Shown here in pieces: positions 7,116 to 16,207 of a stretch of DNA of 64,000 nucleotides. Below the pieces are notes generated by a model. That model made no database searches. It was not told where the DNA came from and was given only the letters and a program-made list of their open reading frames with translations. Position numbers and translations under genes: made by a program. The stretch is taken from the NCBI GenBank assembly GCA_964530955.1, contig CAZHCL010000001.1, forward strand, positions 1-64,000, given 5' to 3'. Source of the DNA: Candidatus Woesearchaeota archaeon (GTDB lineage: Archaea; Nanobdellota; Nanobdellia; Pacearchaeales; GW2011-AR1). Position 1 is the first letter of the stretch. The number at the start of each line of letters is the position of its first letter.

Positions 7116-7724
7116 ATGAATTTTAAATTATGGCTTTCTGAAATAAGAAATAATAGGAAAAGATTACTTATAGCTTTATTATTTATTGTTCTCGCTAGTT
7201 TTGCATATTCCTTATCTGGGGATTATCTGACAGACCATCAAGGATATGTTTCTGCGCAGGATTTGATATTAGACCATTTTGGGCCTTACAACCTTTCATT
7301 TATTTTTGTCTGGTTTTTCCTTTTTGTCGGATTTATTTTCTTTACTTATCCAATAATATTTAAGCCTCAGGAGCTGCATTATGTTCTAATAATGTTCAGT
7401 ATGTTTGTTATAGTTAGGTCTGGATTTATTATGTTCACTCATTTAGCAGTACCCGCAGATGCTATACTGCCTACATTCCCAGGTTATTTTCAGGTACTTA
7501 ACTTTGCCAATGACCTTTTCTTTTCAGGACATACGGGTTTTCCTTTTCTTGGATTTTTGGTATTTAGAAAAAATAAATTAATAAGTTACTTTATGCTATT
7601 TTCATCTATACTTCTTGGAATAACTGTGCTGTTAATGCACGTCCATTATTCGATTGATGTTTTTAGCGCATATTTCATAACTTATGGAATTTACGTTTTT
7701 GGAAACAAATTTGTAAAAAAATAA
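7116..7724 (+). CDS. PAP2-superfamily membrane protein, sphingomyelin/IPC-synthase-like C-terminal domain
   Basis: DLFFSGHT and HYSIDV motifs; about 6 TM helices; GGAG before ATG 7116. Confidence 0.75.
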   Translation: MNFKLWLSEIRNNRKRLLIALLFIVLASFAYSLSGDYLTDHQGYVSAQDLILDHFGPYNLSFIFVWFFLFVGFIFFTYPIIFKPQELHYVLIMFSMFVIVRSGFIMFTHLAVPADAILPTFPGYFQVLNFANDLFFSGHTGFPFLGFLVFRKNKLISYFMLFSSILLGITVLLMHVHYSIDVFSAYFITYGIYVFGNKFVKK

Positions 7725-7737
7725 AAATTTAAATTTT

Positions 7738-7959
7738 TTAGTCGAAATAATCTCTAACTCTACTTGCAAAAGATTTTTTCTCTCTTCCTGCAACAGCATT
7801 AACAATCAAGGCCACCGCTGCTCCAACTCCTGCTGCAATGGCAACTGAAGTCCAAGGGTTTTTCTTCATGAAACTTTCTGTCTTGTCTTTGGCTTCCTCT
7901 ACGTTTTCTCTTGCTTCACGCACTACATTTCTTGCAAAACTTATTCTTTTTTTTGGCAT
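7738..7959 (-). CDS. DUF883/YqjD-ElaB-like tail-anchored protein
   Basis: Charged helix followed by KKNPWTSVAIAAGVG. Confidence 0.7.
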   Translation of the reverse strand: MPKKRISFARNVVREARENVEEAKDKTESFMKKNPWTSVAIAAGVGAAVALIVNAVAGREKKSFASRVRDYFD

Positions 7960-7971
7960 TTTCTTCTCCTT

Positions 7972-8262
7972 TCACCTTTTGAATTTTATTATTATCCCTA
8001 CAAGAAGGACTATTATTGAAACTATGAGGAAAGAAAGGGTCTTGCTTAAACCAGTATATTCTATAAAGAAGAAAATTAGTGAGAACGCGAAGAATATTAC
8101 TGCTGCTACAATTAGAAGCATTCCTGTAATGTCTTTTATTATTTTTCTTATTGTTCTTTTTATTGCTAGATTAAATGATTCAAAAACATCATCTCTTGCA
8201 TTTCTAAGAACTTTTCCCAATCCAACTTTAAGCAAATCTCCAAGATAATCAGTAAATCCCAT
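7972..8262 (-). CDS. Two-TM membrane protein (YqjE/holin-like architecture)
   Basis: Basic N-terminal helix plus two TM segments; directly upstream of the DUF883 gene. Confidence 0.55.
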   Translation of the reverse strand: MGFTDYLGDLLKVGLGKVLRNARDDVFESFNLAIKRTIRKIIKDITGMLLIVAAVIFFAFSLIFFFIEYTGLSKTLSFLIVSIIVLLVGIIIKFKR

Positions 8263-8338
8263 GTAATGTATAGGGGCTTCGCGTATAAAAACATATCCTG
8301 AGATTTTTCATCTTAATTGAGTAGTTAATAAGATTAGT

Positions 8339-9583
8339 TTACTCATATCTCAAAGCATCAACTGGCTTGAGCTTCGAAGCACGGTAAGCTGGCCAGGCTC
8401 CTGAAATCATTCCAATTATTACTGAAAAAGCTAGGGAGAAGAAAAGCAATCCGAAGCTTACTGCGGTTGTCAGTCCACCTCTTGTTCCTGGAAGCCCTAA
8501 ACTTGAGCCCAGAACAGAAGGCAATATGGTAGATATTCCCGCGCCTATTATTATGCCTATTAATCCTCCGACGAACCCCAGCATTCCAGAGTTTATTAAA
8601 AAGATAAACATTATATCTTTGTTCTTTGCTCCTATCGCCTTCATAATTCCTATGTCTTTTGTTTTTTCTAGAACAGAAGTAAACATGGTATTAGCTACAC
8701 CTATGCCTCCAACAAGAAGAGAAACTCCTGCAATCATTCCCAGAAATAAGGTAATTGCAGAGGTTACTTGGCTAAATCTTTGTTGCAAAGCTAATGGAGA
8801 AGTTACTGAAAAATCTATTTTGTCTGACCTTGTATGCCTTTCATTTGTCAATGCATCAGTAATCTGATTAGTTGTATCATTGATATAATTAACATCCGAA
8901 ACTTTAACCTCAATTGATGAATATTCGTTGCTTTTGATGTCGATTGTATCGCCCAATACATTTCTTGCATCCTTCTCTGACATGTATATTACATTATCAG
9001 AGCCTCCAAGGCCACTTGTGGGACTTAAAATTCCGATTATCCTGTAGGGACGGTTATTTACCATAAGCATAGAGCCTACAGCTAAAGGACTGTTGAAAAC
9101 ACTGTTGGCAATTCGGTCTCCGATAATTATTGAGCCAGACTCTCCATTGCTGAAAACTCTTCCAGATGCAATGGTCGTAGTAACAAAGTCTGAAAAAACT
9201 CCTGTATCGATGCCATCAACACTTGTTGACGCATTTTGTGCATTGTAAGTTATTGTTGCCCTCCCGCTCACTATCGGATCTATGCTCTTTATTCCAGGAA
9301 CAAGTTTAAGTGCGTCTGTATCTCTTGTTGACAAGGGAACAGCATTTAATGAACTTCCGCCCCCTCCCCCGAAGGCTCTTGCCGAACCAGCATTTATTGT
9401 AATAATATCCTGCCCTAAACCACCTATCTGTGACTGGACGCTCTGCTGCAAACCTTGTCCTATAGAAATTATTGCTACAACAGCTGCAACTCCAATAACT
9501 ATTCCAATGATAGTAAGCCAGCTTCTCAATTTACTATGAAGAAGCATATTAAGAGAAAGCTTTAGAGTTTTACTTGTTTTCAT
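8339..9583 (-). CDS. ABC transporter permease, MacB/FtsX family
   Basis: KLRSWLTIIGIVIG, GVSLLVGGIGVANTMFTSVLE, RASKLKPVDALRYE. Confidence 0.93.
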   Translation of the reverse strand: MKTSKTLKLSLNMLLHSKLRSWLTIIGIVIGVAAVVAIISIGQGLQQSVQSQIGGLGQDIITINAGSARAFGGGGGSSLNAVPLSTRDTDALKLVPGIKSIDPIVSGRATITYNAQNASTSVDGIDTGVFSDFVTTTIASGRVFSNGESGSIIIGDRIANSVFNSPLAVGSMLMVNNRPYRIIGILSPTSGLGGSDNVIYMSEKDARNVLGDTIDIKSNEYSSIEVKVSDVNYINDTTNQITDALTNERHTRSDKIDFSVTSPLALQQRFSQVTSAITLFLGMIAGVSLLVGGIGVANTMFTSVLEKTKDIGIMKAIGAKNKDIMFIFLINSGMLGFVGGLIGIIIGAGISTILPSVLGSSLGLPGTRGGLTTAVSFGLLFFSLAFSVIIGMISGAWPAYRASKLKPVDALRYE

Positions 9584-10568
9584 GTTTAGCGCCCTTCATC
9601 TTTCTTCTAACTACCATAACACCTACTCCTATTACTGCGCCTAGAATAATATACATTAATGTTGAAAAGTTAAAAGTGGATGAGCTTGAACTTGTTGATG
9701 TCCTTGAGAATGTTCCTGTTCCTCCGATTCTTGTGGAATTGAATGGTACTCCCATATCAATAGATACATTTTCTTCTTCAACAGTTCTAACATTTGCAGT
9801 ATCTGTATAAGCAACATCCATTTTAATTGTTTTTACTCCATTCTGAGGTAGAATCTGGAATGTCACGGAAGTAAAATCTCCAGTATTAAGGTTTCCTATT
9901 ATTGATGATTTAGGACCGCTAATTCTCACGCCTTCTTGATCAGGAATGCTAACTATTACTGCACTGGCAGGATTTTCTCCAGTATTTGCTATTGCAAATG
10001 AAGTTCCCTGAGAGCTGGACTGCTGGGTGATTAGGCTAAAGTCTGTTCTTGTTTTTGCTATTTCTATAGGTATCTGATATTGTGAATTTAGAACTGAATT
10101 ATTATTAGTAGTCATCTGAAGATTTAATATGCTTTGACCTTCAGGAGCATTATCTGCAACCTTTACCCTGAATTTCATTATTATCTGATTTGCCTCTATC
10201 TGAGTATCTCCCAGTTGCCTTTGATATTTATAGGCGTTGTTTGTACCTGCAATCAATCCAAAATCTTTTGTTGGAGAATCAACATTCTCAAAAACTTTAT
10301 CCGTCAAAAGATTAAATTCAACATTTGGAGCATCATTTTGTCCTGTGTTCTGAACTTTTACCCACAGATCAAACCATTGACCCGGATTTACTGGATAAGG
10401 TTCATACTGCAATGCTTCTACAACCAATTGAGGATAAGTCGTTGAAAAACCAGTATCTACCGAAAAGTTTGTCTGATTAGATGTTGCTGCCTGTGTCTGT
10501 GGAATAATTGAAAATAAACAAGTTACTAAAATTGCCGAAGCTAAAATAAACAAAAACTGCTTTTTCAT
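9570..10568 (-). CDS. COG1361-like S-layer-domain protein with signal peptide and C-terminal TM
   Basis: YEPYPVNPGQW, Ig-like repeats, located in an ABC operon. Confidence 0.75.
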   Translation of the reverse strand: MKKQFLFILASAILVTCLFSIIPQTQAATSNQTNFSVDTGFSTTYPQLVVEALQYEPYPVNPGQWFDLWVKVQNTGQNDAPNVEFNLLTDKVFENVDSPTKDFGLIAGTNNAYKYQRQLGDTQIEANQIIMKFRVKVADNAPEGQSILNLQMTTNNNSVLNSQYQIPIEIAKTRTDFSLITQQSSSQGTSFAIANTGENPASAVIVSIPDQEGVRISGPKSSIIGNLNTGDFTSVTFQILPQNGVKTIKMDVAYTDTANVRTVEEENVSIDMGVPFNSTRIGGTGTFSRTSTSSSSSTFNFSTLMYIILGAVIGVGVMVVRRKMKGAKHENK

Positions 10569-11248
10569 CTTTTGCTCCCTATGACTTGTCCGTCCGCAAG
10601 TCTTATTACTCTTTTGCTGTATTTTATTAGATTCATATCGTGAGTTATGAGTATAATTGTTTTGCCCTCTTTATTAAGCTTTTCAAATAAAAACATTATT
10701 TCTTTTCCCGTCTTGCTATCTAAATTTCCCGTGGGTTCATCTGCAAGAATAACCTCGGGGTCATTTGCCAAAGCGCGGGCAATTGCAACTCTTTGCTGTT
10801 GCCCTCCAGATAATTCCTTGGGTTTATGATTTACTCTATCCTTAAGACCAACAAGATCCAAAGCATCAAGTGCTTTCCTTTTTGGATCTGGAGAATCTTG
10901 AAATTCCATTGGTAGCATCACATTTTCTAAAGCAGTGAGAGTGTTAATAAGATTAAACTGCTGAAAAACAAAGCCTATTTTCTTTCCTCTTATTACAGCA
11001 AGAGAAGACTCGCTCATTTTTGAAATATCCTTATTGTCTAGATAGATTGAACCTTTGGTAGGGAGGTCAAGCGCACCCACCATATTCATCATAGTGCTTT
11101 TTCCAGAACCAGAAGGACCTGTAATAGAAACAAACTCACCTATTTGTATGTCTATATCTACTCCCCTTAGAGCTTCAACTTTTACGTCACCAACTTGATA
11201 AACTTTCCATAGGTTATCAAGTTTAATGATTGTTTTTTGGTTTTTCAC
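10565..11248 (-). CDS. ABC transporter ATP-binding protein (LolD/MacB-like); start probably GTG 11248
   Basis: [29 protein letters not shown]. Confidence 0.93.
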   Translation of the reverse strand: MKNQKTIIKLDNLWKVYQVGDVKVEALRGVDIDIQIGEFVSITGPSGSGKSTMMNMVGALDLPTKGSIYLDNKDISKMSESSLAVIRGKKIGFVFQQFNLINTLTALENVMLPMEFQDSPDPKRKALDALDLVGLKDRVNHKPKELSGGQQQRVAIARALANDPEVILADEPTGNLDSKTGKEIMFLFEKLNKEGKTIILITHDMNLIKYSKRVIRLADGQVIGSKR

Positions 11249-11341
11249 GAATATAATTGCAAAATTCTCTTTATAAACAGTATGGAAGATACGTCCATAT
11301 ATTATAAAAAGATTAAAAAACAGATTAATATTAGATAAAAC

Positions 11342-12025
11342 ATGATATTTGAAGCCAGACTCTTTAACCAATATGATTTATGGATTGACCTTACTTATTC
11401 TCTGATAGTCTCTATTTCATGCTTTTTGATATACCTAAAAACTAAGGAACTTTATGATTTAAGTCAGTACAAAGGAATAAATTATTTCAGGAATACATTT
11501 TTATTTTTTGGAATTTCTGAGACTATAAGACTTTTACTTCACTTGACTGCTAAATTCAGTGCCCCTTTATTACCCGTAAGACCCGAACTAGTTTTCATTT
11601 TTAATGCTTGTTCATTTTTAATGATCTACGCCAGTTGCATGGCTCTGGTATATCTCCTGTTGAGTATATTCTGGAAAAGAATGAGCAATAAATCTCTTGG
11701 CAACGTATATCTCGCCCATTATATCTCTCTTATCGTAGCTTTTGTCAGCCTGCTTAAGGATAGACACCCTACATTTATAATATTTCAAGCTGGATTGTTT
11801 GTTCTTCTTATCATAGTCAGCTATCTTAATTATAAAAAATCTAAACATGGAGAAAGTTTTTCTAATATTTATCTTATTTACCTGCTTATTTTCATTCTCT
11901 GGATAGTAAGCAATGTAATGGAATTCATCGTCATCTTTTCCCCAATTACTGCTTTTATAATATACTTCTCATCTATAATAATTTTCCTTCTTATTCTTAT
12001 AAAAGTTATAGAAAGACTAAAATAA
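11342..12025 (+). CDS. Multi-pass (about 7 TM) membrane protein, sensor-like
   Basis: Alternating hydrophobic helices; coupled to the downstream wHTH gene. Confidence 0.65.
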   Translation: MIFEARLFNQYDLWIDLTYSLIVSISCFLIYLKTKELYDLSQYKGINYFRNTFLFFGISETIRLLLHLTAKFSAPLLPVRPELVFIFNACSFLMIYASCMALVYLLLSIFWKRMSNKSLGNVYLAHYISLIVAFVSLLKDRHPTFIIFQAGLFVLLIIVSYLNYKKSKHGESFSNIYLIYLLIFILWIVSNVMEFIVIFSPITAFIIYFSSIIIFLLILIKVIERLK

Positions 12026-12026
12026 A

Positions 12027-12299
12027 ATGGATAAAAAAAGGAGCAAATTAGAAGTCATATATGACATTCTTGATATAATAAAGAAAAATAAAAATTCGAT
12101 TAAAATGACTCCTCTTCTTAGGCATTCCAATCTTTCTTCAGAGAGATTTGGAAAATATTTTTCTGAATTGGTTGAAAAAGGATTTGTGAGGGAGATAGAT
12201 GATGAAAATGGTAAGTCAGTTACACTTACTGATAAGGGATTTACTTATCTTGAAAAGTATAGGACAATTGTTTCTTTTATTGATGAGTTTGATTTGTAA
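12027..12299 (+). CDS. Winged-helix transcriptional regulator (COG3432-like)
   Basis: KRSKLEVIYDIL...NLS...LTDKG..YL pattern. Confidence 0.8.
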   Translation: MDKKRSKLEVIYDILDIIKKNKNSIKMTPLLRHSNLSSERFGKYFSELVEKGFVREIDDENGKSVTLTDKGFTYLEKYRTIVSFIDEFDL

Positions 12300-12314
12300 T
12301 TAATGAGAATAATC

Positions 12315-12352
12315 GGGGGGATTTCTCCCCCCTAAAGGGTTTGATTTTTTTC
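12315..12352 (+). terminator. GC hairpin plus T-tract after the wHTH gene
   Basis: GGGGGGA-TTTC-TCCCCCC followed by TTGATTTTTTT. Confidence 0.5.
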
Positions 12353-12501
12353 CTTGTTAACATCACCTCCTTCACAGCGTGTTGGTTTAATTAATTATTT
12401 TAAAGAAATGATATATAAATGGATTGGGAAGAAAAAATCAGTAAAGTGAATAGGGAGCAATAATTCATAAATTTTAAAAAGACAATTCAGGTTATTCATT
12501 A

Positions 12502-12810
12502 ATGGCCGTTCAAAAAGCATCCTTCGCCGCAGGATGTTTCTGGGGTGTTGAATATGTTTTTTCTAAGTTTTCTGGAGTAACTAAGACTGATGTAGGTAAT
12601 CAGTATCGTTCAGAGATATTTTATTATAATGAAGAACAGAAGAAAGAAGCGGAGAACGCTAAGAAAGATTATGAGAAACTACTAGGCAAGAAAGTAGTGA
12701 CTAAAATTGAAAAGGCGGGAAAATTTTATTCTGCTGAAGACTATCATCAAAAGTATTATGAAAAGAAAGGCTCAGAGCCCTATTGTCATATTGTTCCTAG
12801 GGTAAGCTGA
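12502..12810 (+). pseudogene. msrA: Peptide methionine sulfoxide reductase MsrA with an in-frame internal deletion
   Basis: GCFWGVE and AEDYHQKYY are present, but GVTKT is joined directly to DVGNQYRS, so the central part of the domain is missing. Confidence 0.75.
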
Positions 12811-12817
12811 TAACTTC

Positions 12818-13795
12818 CTAATGCCAATTTACTTTTATGTCATCAGTTCTTTCTCTGGGAGAAATGTCTATTTTGTCATATTGAAATGAAATTCCTTTTT
12901 TGAAAATTATTTCTCCAGTATATGCTATCATTGCTGCATTATCTACGAGCAAAGACTTTTCTGGGCAGAAGAATTTTGCCCCTCTCTCTTTACACATTAT
13001 CTGACACATTTCCTGAAGTCTTTTATTGCAGGCAACTCCTCCTCCAAGCACCAGCTCTTTCTTTCCAGTATGAGCAAGAGCTCTCTCAGCAGCCTCAACT
13101 AGCATGGAAAAAGCAGTTTCTTGCAAAGAGAAAGAAAGGTCTTCAATTTTTTCTCCTTTATCAAGAAGTTGCTGAAATTTCGTCTGCAATCCTGAGAAAG
13201 AAACATCCATTCCTTTTATCATATAAGGCAATTCAATGTATTTTCCTTTCAAAGCAAGCTCTTCTATCTTAGGACCTCCTGGAAAGGGAATCCCTGCGTA
13301 TCTTGCGCATTTATCTATGAAATTTCCTACTCCTATGTCTAATGTTTCTCCAAATACGCGGTACTTTCCCCCCGCATATGCTATTATTTGGGTATTTGCT
13401 CCGCTGGCATATAGAAGAACAGGGTCTTTTGCCCCCTCATGTCTTCCTATTTCAAGATGAGCTATGCAATGATTAACTGGAATAATTTTTACACCCAACT
13501 GACTTGCTTTTTCTTTTGCAAATTTCATTCCGGCAAGCAAACATGGAGCTAGTCCGGGGGCATTTGAAAGAGCTATAGCTGTTATTTCTTGTTCTTTAAT
13601 TCCGGATTTCGACAAAGAATCTTGATATATTTTTTCTGCAACATCTTCGTGATGCTTGGCGCTTTCCATAGGTATAATTCCTTCCTTGGCTGGGCGGTAC
13701 ATATCTCTCACATTAGAAAGAATCTTTCCTTTACTACACAGACCTACTCCAAATGTATGAGCAGTGCATTCAATGCCTAAAATGATAGTTCTCAT
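12818..13795 (-). CDS. kae1: tRNA N6-threonylcarbamoyltransferase Kae1/TsaD
   Basis: GIECTAHT, VNHCIAHLE, SGANTQ, DNAAMIA. Confidence 0.95.
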   Translation of the reverse strand: MRTIILGIECTAHTFGVGLCSKGKILSNVRDMYRPAKEGIIPMESAKHHEDVAEKIYQDSLSKSGIKEQEITAIALSNAPGLAPCLLAGMKFAKEKASQLGVKIIPVNHCIAHLEIGRHEGAKDPVLLYASGANTQIIAYAGGKYRVFGETLDIGVGNFIDKCARYAGIPFPGGPKIEELALKGKYIELPYMIKGMDVSFSGLQTKFQQLLDKGEKIEDLSFSLQETAFSMLVEAAERALAHTGKKELVLGGGVACNKRLQEMCQIMCKERGAKFFCPEKSLLVDNAAMIAYTGEIIFKKGISFQYDKIDISPRERTDDIKVNWH

Positions 13796-13924
13796 GATAA
13801 AACCTGCAGAACATATAATATAAACATTTTGAAAATGAGATAAAAAATAAAATTAATATAATAAAAAAAATAAAAAGTAAGAAGAATGACGACACGACCT
13901 CGGCTGAGTATCGAATATGATTAA

Positions 13925-14044
13925 TTATTTCTTCTTCTTTCTTCCACGAGCCATTTTGGCTTCGCATACATTGCCTTTTCCATCAACGTAATACAAATAT
14001 CCTGGCTTGCGTTTTATTGCGTTCTTTACAAGAATTGTCCCCAT
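13925..14044 (-). CDS. 39-aa basic protein MGTILVKNAIKRKPGYLYYVDGKGNVCEAKMARGRKKKK
   Basis: Not in the ORF track. Strong SD (GGAGGT) about 6 nt upstream of the ATG. Confidence 0.75.
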   Translation of the reverse strand: MGTILVKNAIKRKPGYLYYVDGKGNVCEAKMARGRKKKK

Positions 14045-14070
14045 TTTTTTACCTCCTTTTATCAAGTATG

Positions 14071-14448
14071 TTAGTTTATCGAGGATTTAATATTTAAATG
14101 TTTCCTTCCGACGAATAAAGATATAATTTCCATGTTTTTATTATTTAGGGGTACTTCAAGAAGCTTTCTGAACTTATTTTTTGGTATAATTGAAGGGGTG
14201 AAAGAAGTAACTAGCTTATATTCAAGAAAGGCATTATCCTTATCAAGCCAAATAGCTAGAAAAGGAAAGAAGACAAAAAATGAATGAATTGAAATTCTGA
14301 CATCCTTTTTGAATTCGAACAGCAAGTTGGCTGTTTTCTTTGATTTAAACATCAATCCTGTTATCTTTCCGATATTTGATAGTTTTTTAACATTATTTAT
14401 TTCTATAATTTTAGTTTTATATCTTATTTTGAACTTATCAATCTCCAT
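14071..14448 (-). CDS. DUF192 family protein
   Basis: GLMF...LLFEF...IHSFFVFFPFLAIWLD...LLEVP. Confidence 0.75.
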   Translation of the reverse strand: MEIDKFKIRYKTKIIEINNVKKLSNIGKITGLMFKSKKTANLLFEFKKDVRISIHSFFVFFPFLAIWLDKDNAFLEYKLVTSFTPSIIPKNKFRKLLEVPLNNKNMEIISLFVGRKHLNIKSSIN

Positions 14449-14531
14449 CTATGTAACTATGTGTTAAGCTTTATAAAATATGCTTGCTATAATCGGATAA
14501 CTTTTTATACTACTTTAACTAAATTAATATT

Positions 14532-15245
14532 ATGGTTATGGATGACAAACTGGAAGCAGAAAAGATAGGTGAATATTCTTCCTCTAAATCCGATTATCTT
14601 TCTGAACTTGAAAAAATAAGCCAAAGTGCTCAGCCATTTAGTGTTAAACTTAATCTGTTAGACGTTCTTGTTAAGGATTTCTTAAGAAAAAAGTTTCGCT
14701 TGCCTAGGGATGATGAATATTCTGAAATGATTGATTTTTTTCTTCAGAAAAAAAAACCAGAAATAGCTATATTTTGTCATAATATGGTTAAGCTTATGTA
14801 TTCAGGCGATTTAATTGATAATAATTCTGTGATGAGCTTAGTTGAAGAAGCTAAAAGTGTGATTGAATCAGAGTCTTCAGCACAAACAGTTTCTTCTAAG
14901 CATAAGAATGGTGGATTGTTTTCCTTTGGAAAGAAAAAGAAAATAGAGGCATTTGATATAAGAAAGGTCAGCAAGCCTACTGAAAAGCTGATAGATAAGG
15001 CATTGGTTCCTGAACAGGGAATTTTTGAGCCACTTACCAGAAAAAATACTTCTGAAGATGGGTCTGTTGATGAACTTAAATCAAAGCTTGACCTTTCAAT
15101 GACTGAGTCTCCTGAAAAGATAATCTCTGATGGAGACCATCAAGGAATAGAGAATATTGATAACCTTGAAAGAATAAAGGAAAAACTTAGGTATAGAAAG
15201 GTTGCTTCTGCAGAAAAAAATCTAGCACAAGCTCAAAATTACTAA
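14532..15245 (+). CDS. Hypothetical protein
   Basis: 237-aa ORF with no recognised motif. Confidence 0.55.
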   Translation: MVMDDKLEAEKIGEYSSSKSDYLSELEKISQSAQPFSVKLNLLDVLVKDFLRKKFRLPRDDEYSEMIDFFLQKKKPEIAIFCHNMVKLMYSGDLIDNNSVMSLVEEAKSVIESESSAQTVSSKHKNGGLFSFGKKKKIEAFDIRKVSKPTEKLIDKALVPEQGIFEPLTRKNTSEDGSVDELKSKLDLSMTESPEKIISDGDHQGIENIDNLERIKEKLRYRKVASAEKNLAQAQNY

Positions 15246-15286
15246 TTTAGATAATTTATAATTTTTGTGAAAGATAAATCTGTTAA

Positions 15287-16207
15287 TTAGGGGAATGTTC
15301 TGTAACGAGTGTTTATTAGTATATATTCTATTAAAAATAAAAGAAGAGCAATAAGAAGAAGGTACTTCGAAACATCAATTGGAACGACTGCCTGTTTCTG
15401 ATTCAATGCATTTTGGAAAGCTTGCGCAAGTTTATCTGAGTTTTCTGCGGTAGAATAATTACCTCCAGTGTTATAGGCGAGATACTGCAGAGACTGCTCA
15501 TCAACTTGAGACAAACCATATGAAGTCTGGCCTCCCTGTCTTGTACCTATCGATATTGTGTTAATAATCGCATGATATCTATTCGCGTAATTAGCTGCGT
15601 ATTCAAGAGAACCAGTGTTTATCTGCCCATCACTTAAAATTATCAATGCTTTTGTGTCTTCATTAACTAATAAGTTTACTCCAGTCACGACTGGCTCATA
15701 TATATCTGTTCCTCCAACGTCAGAAATGTTGATATTTATTATTGCTGCCCTAAGTAGGCCCTTATCATCAGTAACAGTCTGTTCTATTACCGAGCTGCCC
15801 GCGAAAGATAATATCCCTACCTTAGTACCGAATGGCAAAGAATCAAGAAAAGACAGAGCAGTGTTTTTCGCTGCGTCTAATCTAGTTGGATAAAAATCAT
15901 TTGCCCCCATGCTTTGAGAGGAATCTATTGCTATCACAAAAGAAAATTTGCTGACTGTTTTTGTAATTACCATTGTTGTACCGGCCAGAGCAAGTACGGA
16001 AAGAACAACTATTATGCACGTTAGAGCTAATATGGTGACGTTTTTTGAATATAAATCTAGGCCTGTAATTCTTGAGAGCGCATTGAAATTAGCAAATTTT
16101 AAAGTCCTTTTTTTTGTAATCTTTATTGAAATAAAATGTATTAGAATTATTATTGGAATAAAAAGAAGCAAGGCTAGATAAGCTGGTTGGGCGAATATTA
16201 AGTTCAT
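15287..16207 (-). CDS. VWA-domain membrane protein, BatA-like
   Basis: N-terminal BatA-like TM, MIDAS motif DSSQSM, GTD, LSDG, C-terminal TM. Confidence 0.88.
   Translation of the reverse strand: MNLIFAQPAYLALLLFIPIIILIHFISIKITKKRTLKFANFNALSRITGLDLYSKNVTILALTCIIVVLSVLALAGTTMVITKTVSKFSFVIAIDSSQSMGANDFYPTRLDAAKNTALSFLDSLPFGTKVGILSFAGSSVIEQTVTDDKGLLRAAIININISDVGGTDIYEPVVTGVNLLVNEDTKALIILSDGQINTGSLEYAANYANRYHAIINTISIGTRQGGQTSYGLSQVDEQSLQYLAYNTGGNYSTAENSDKLAQAFQNALNQKQAVVPIDVSKYLLLIALLLFLIEYILINTRYRTFP

Noticed and set aside
12340-12375. Perfect SD (AAGGAGGTGA, - strand) suggesting a hidden microgene or sRNA
   Set aside because: The only ATG overlaps the SD and the 28-aa product is unremarkable. 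The adjacent hairpin is explained as the wHTH terminator.
13770-13967. 65-aa ORF-track entry
   Set aside because: It runs through an A/T-rich intergenic tract. The 39-aa ORF at 13925-14044 with a strong SD is the better call.
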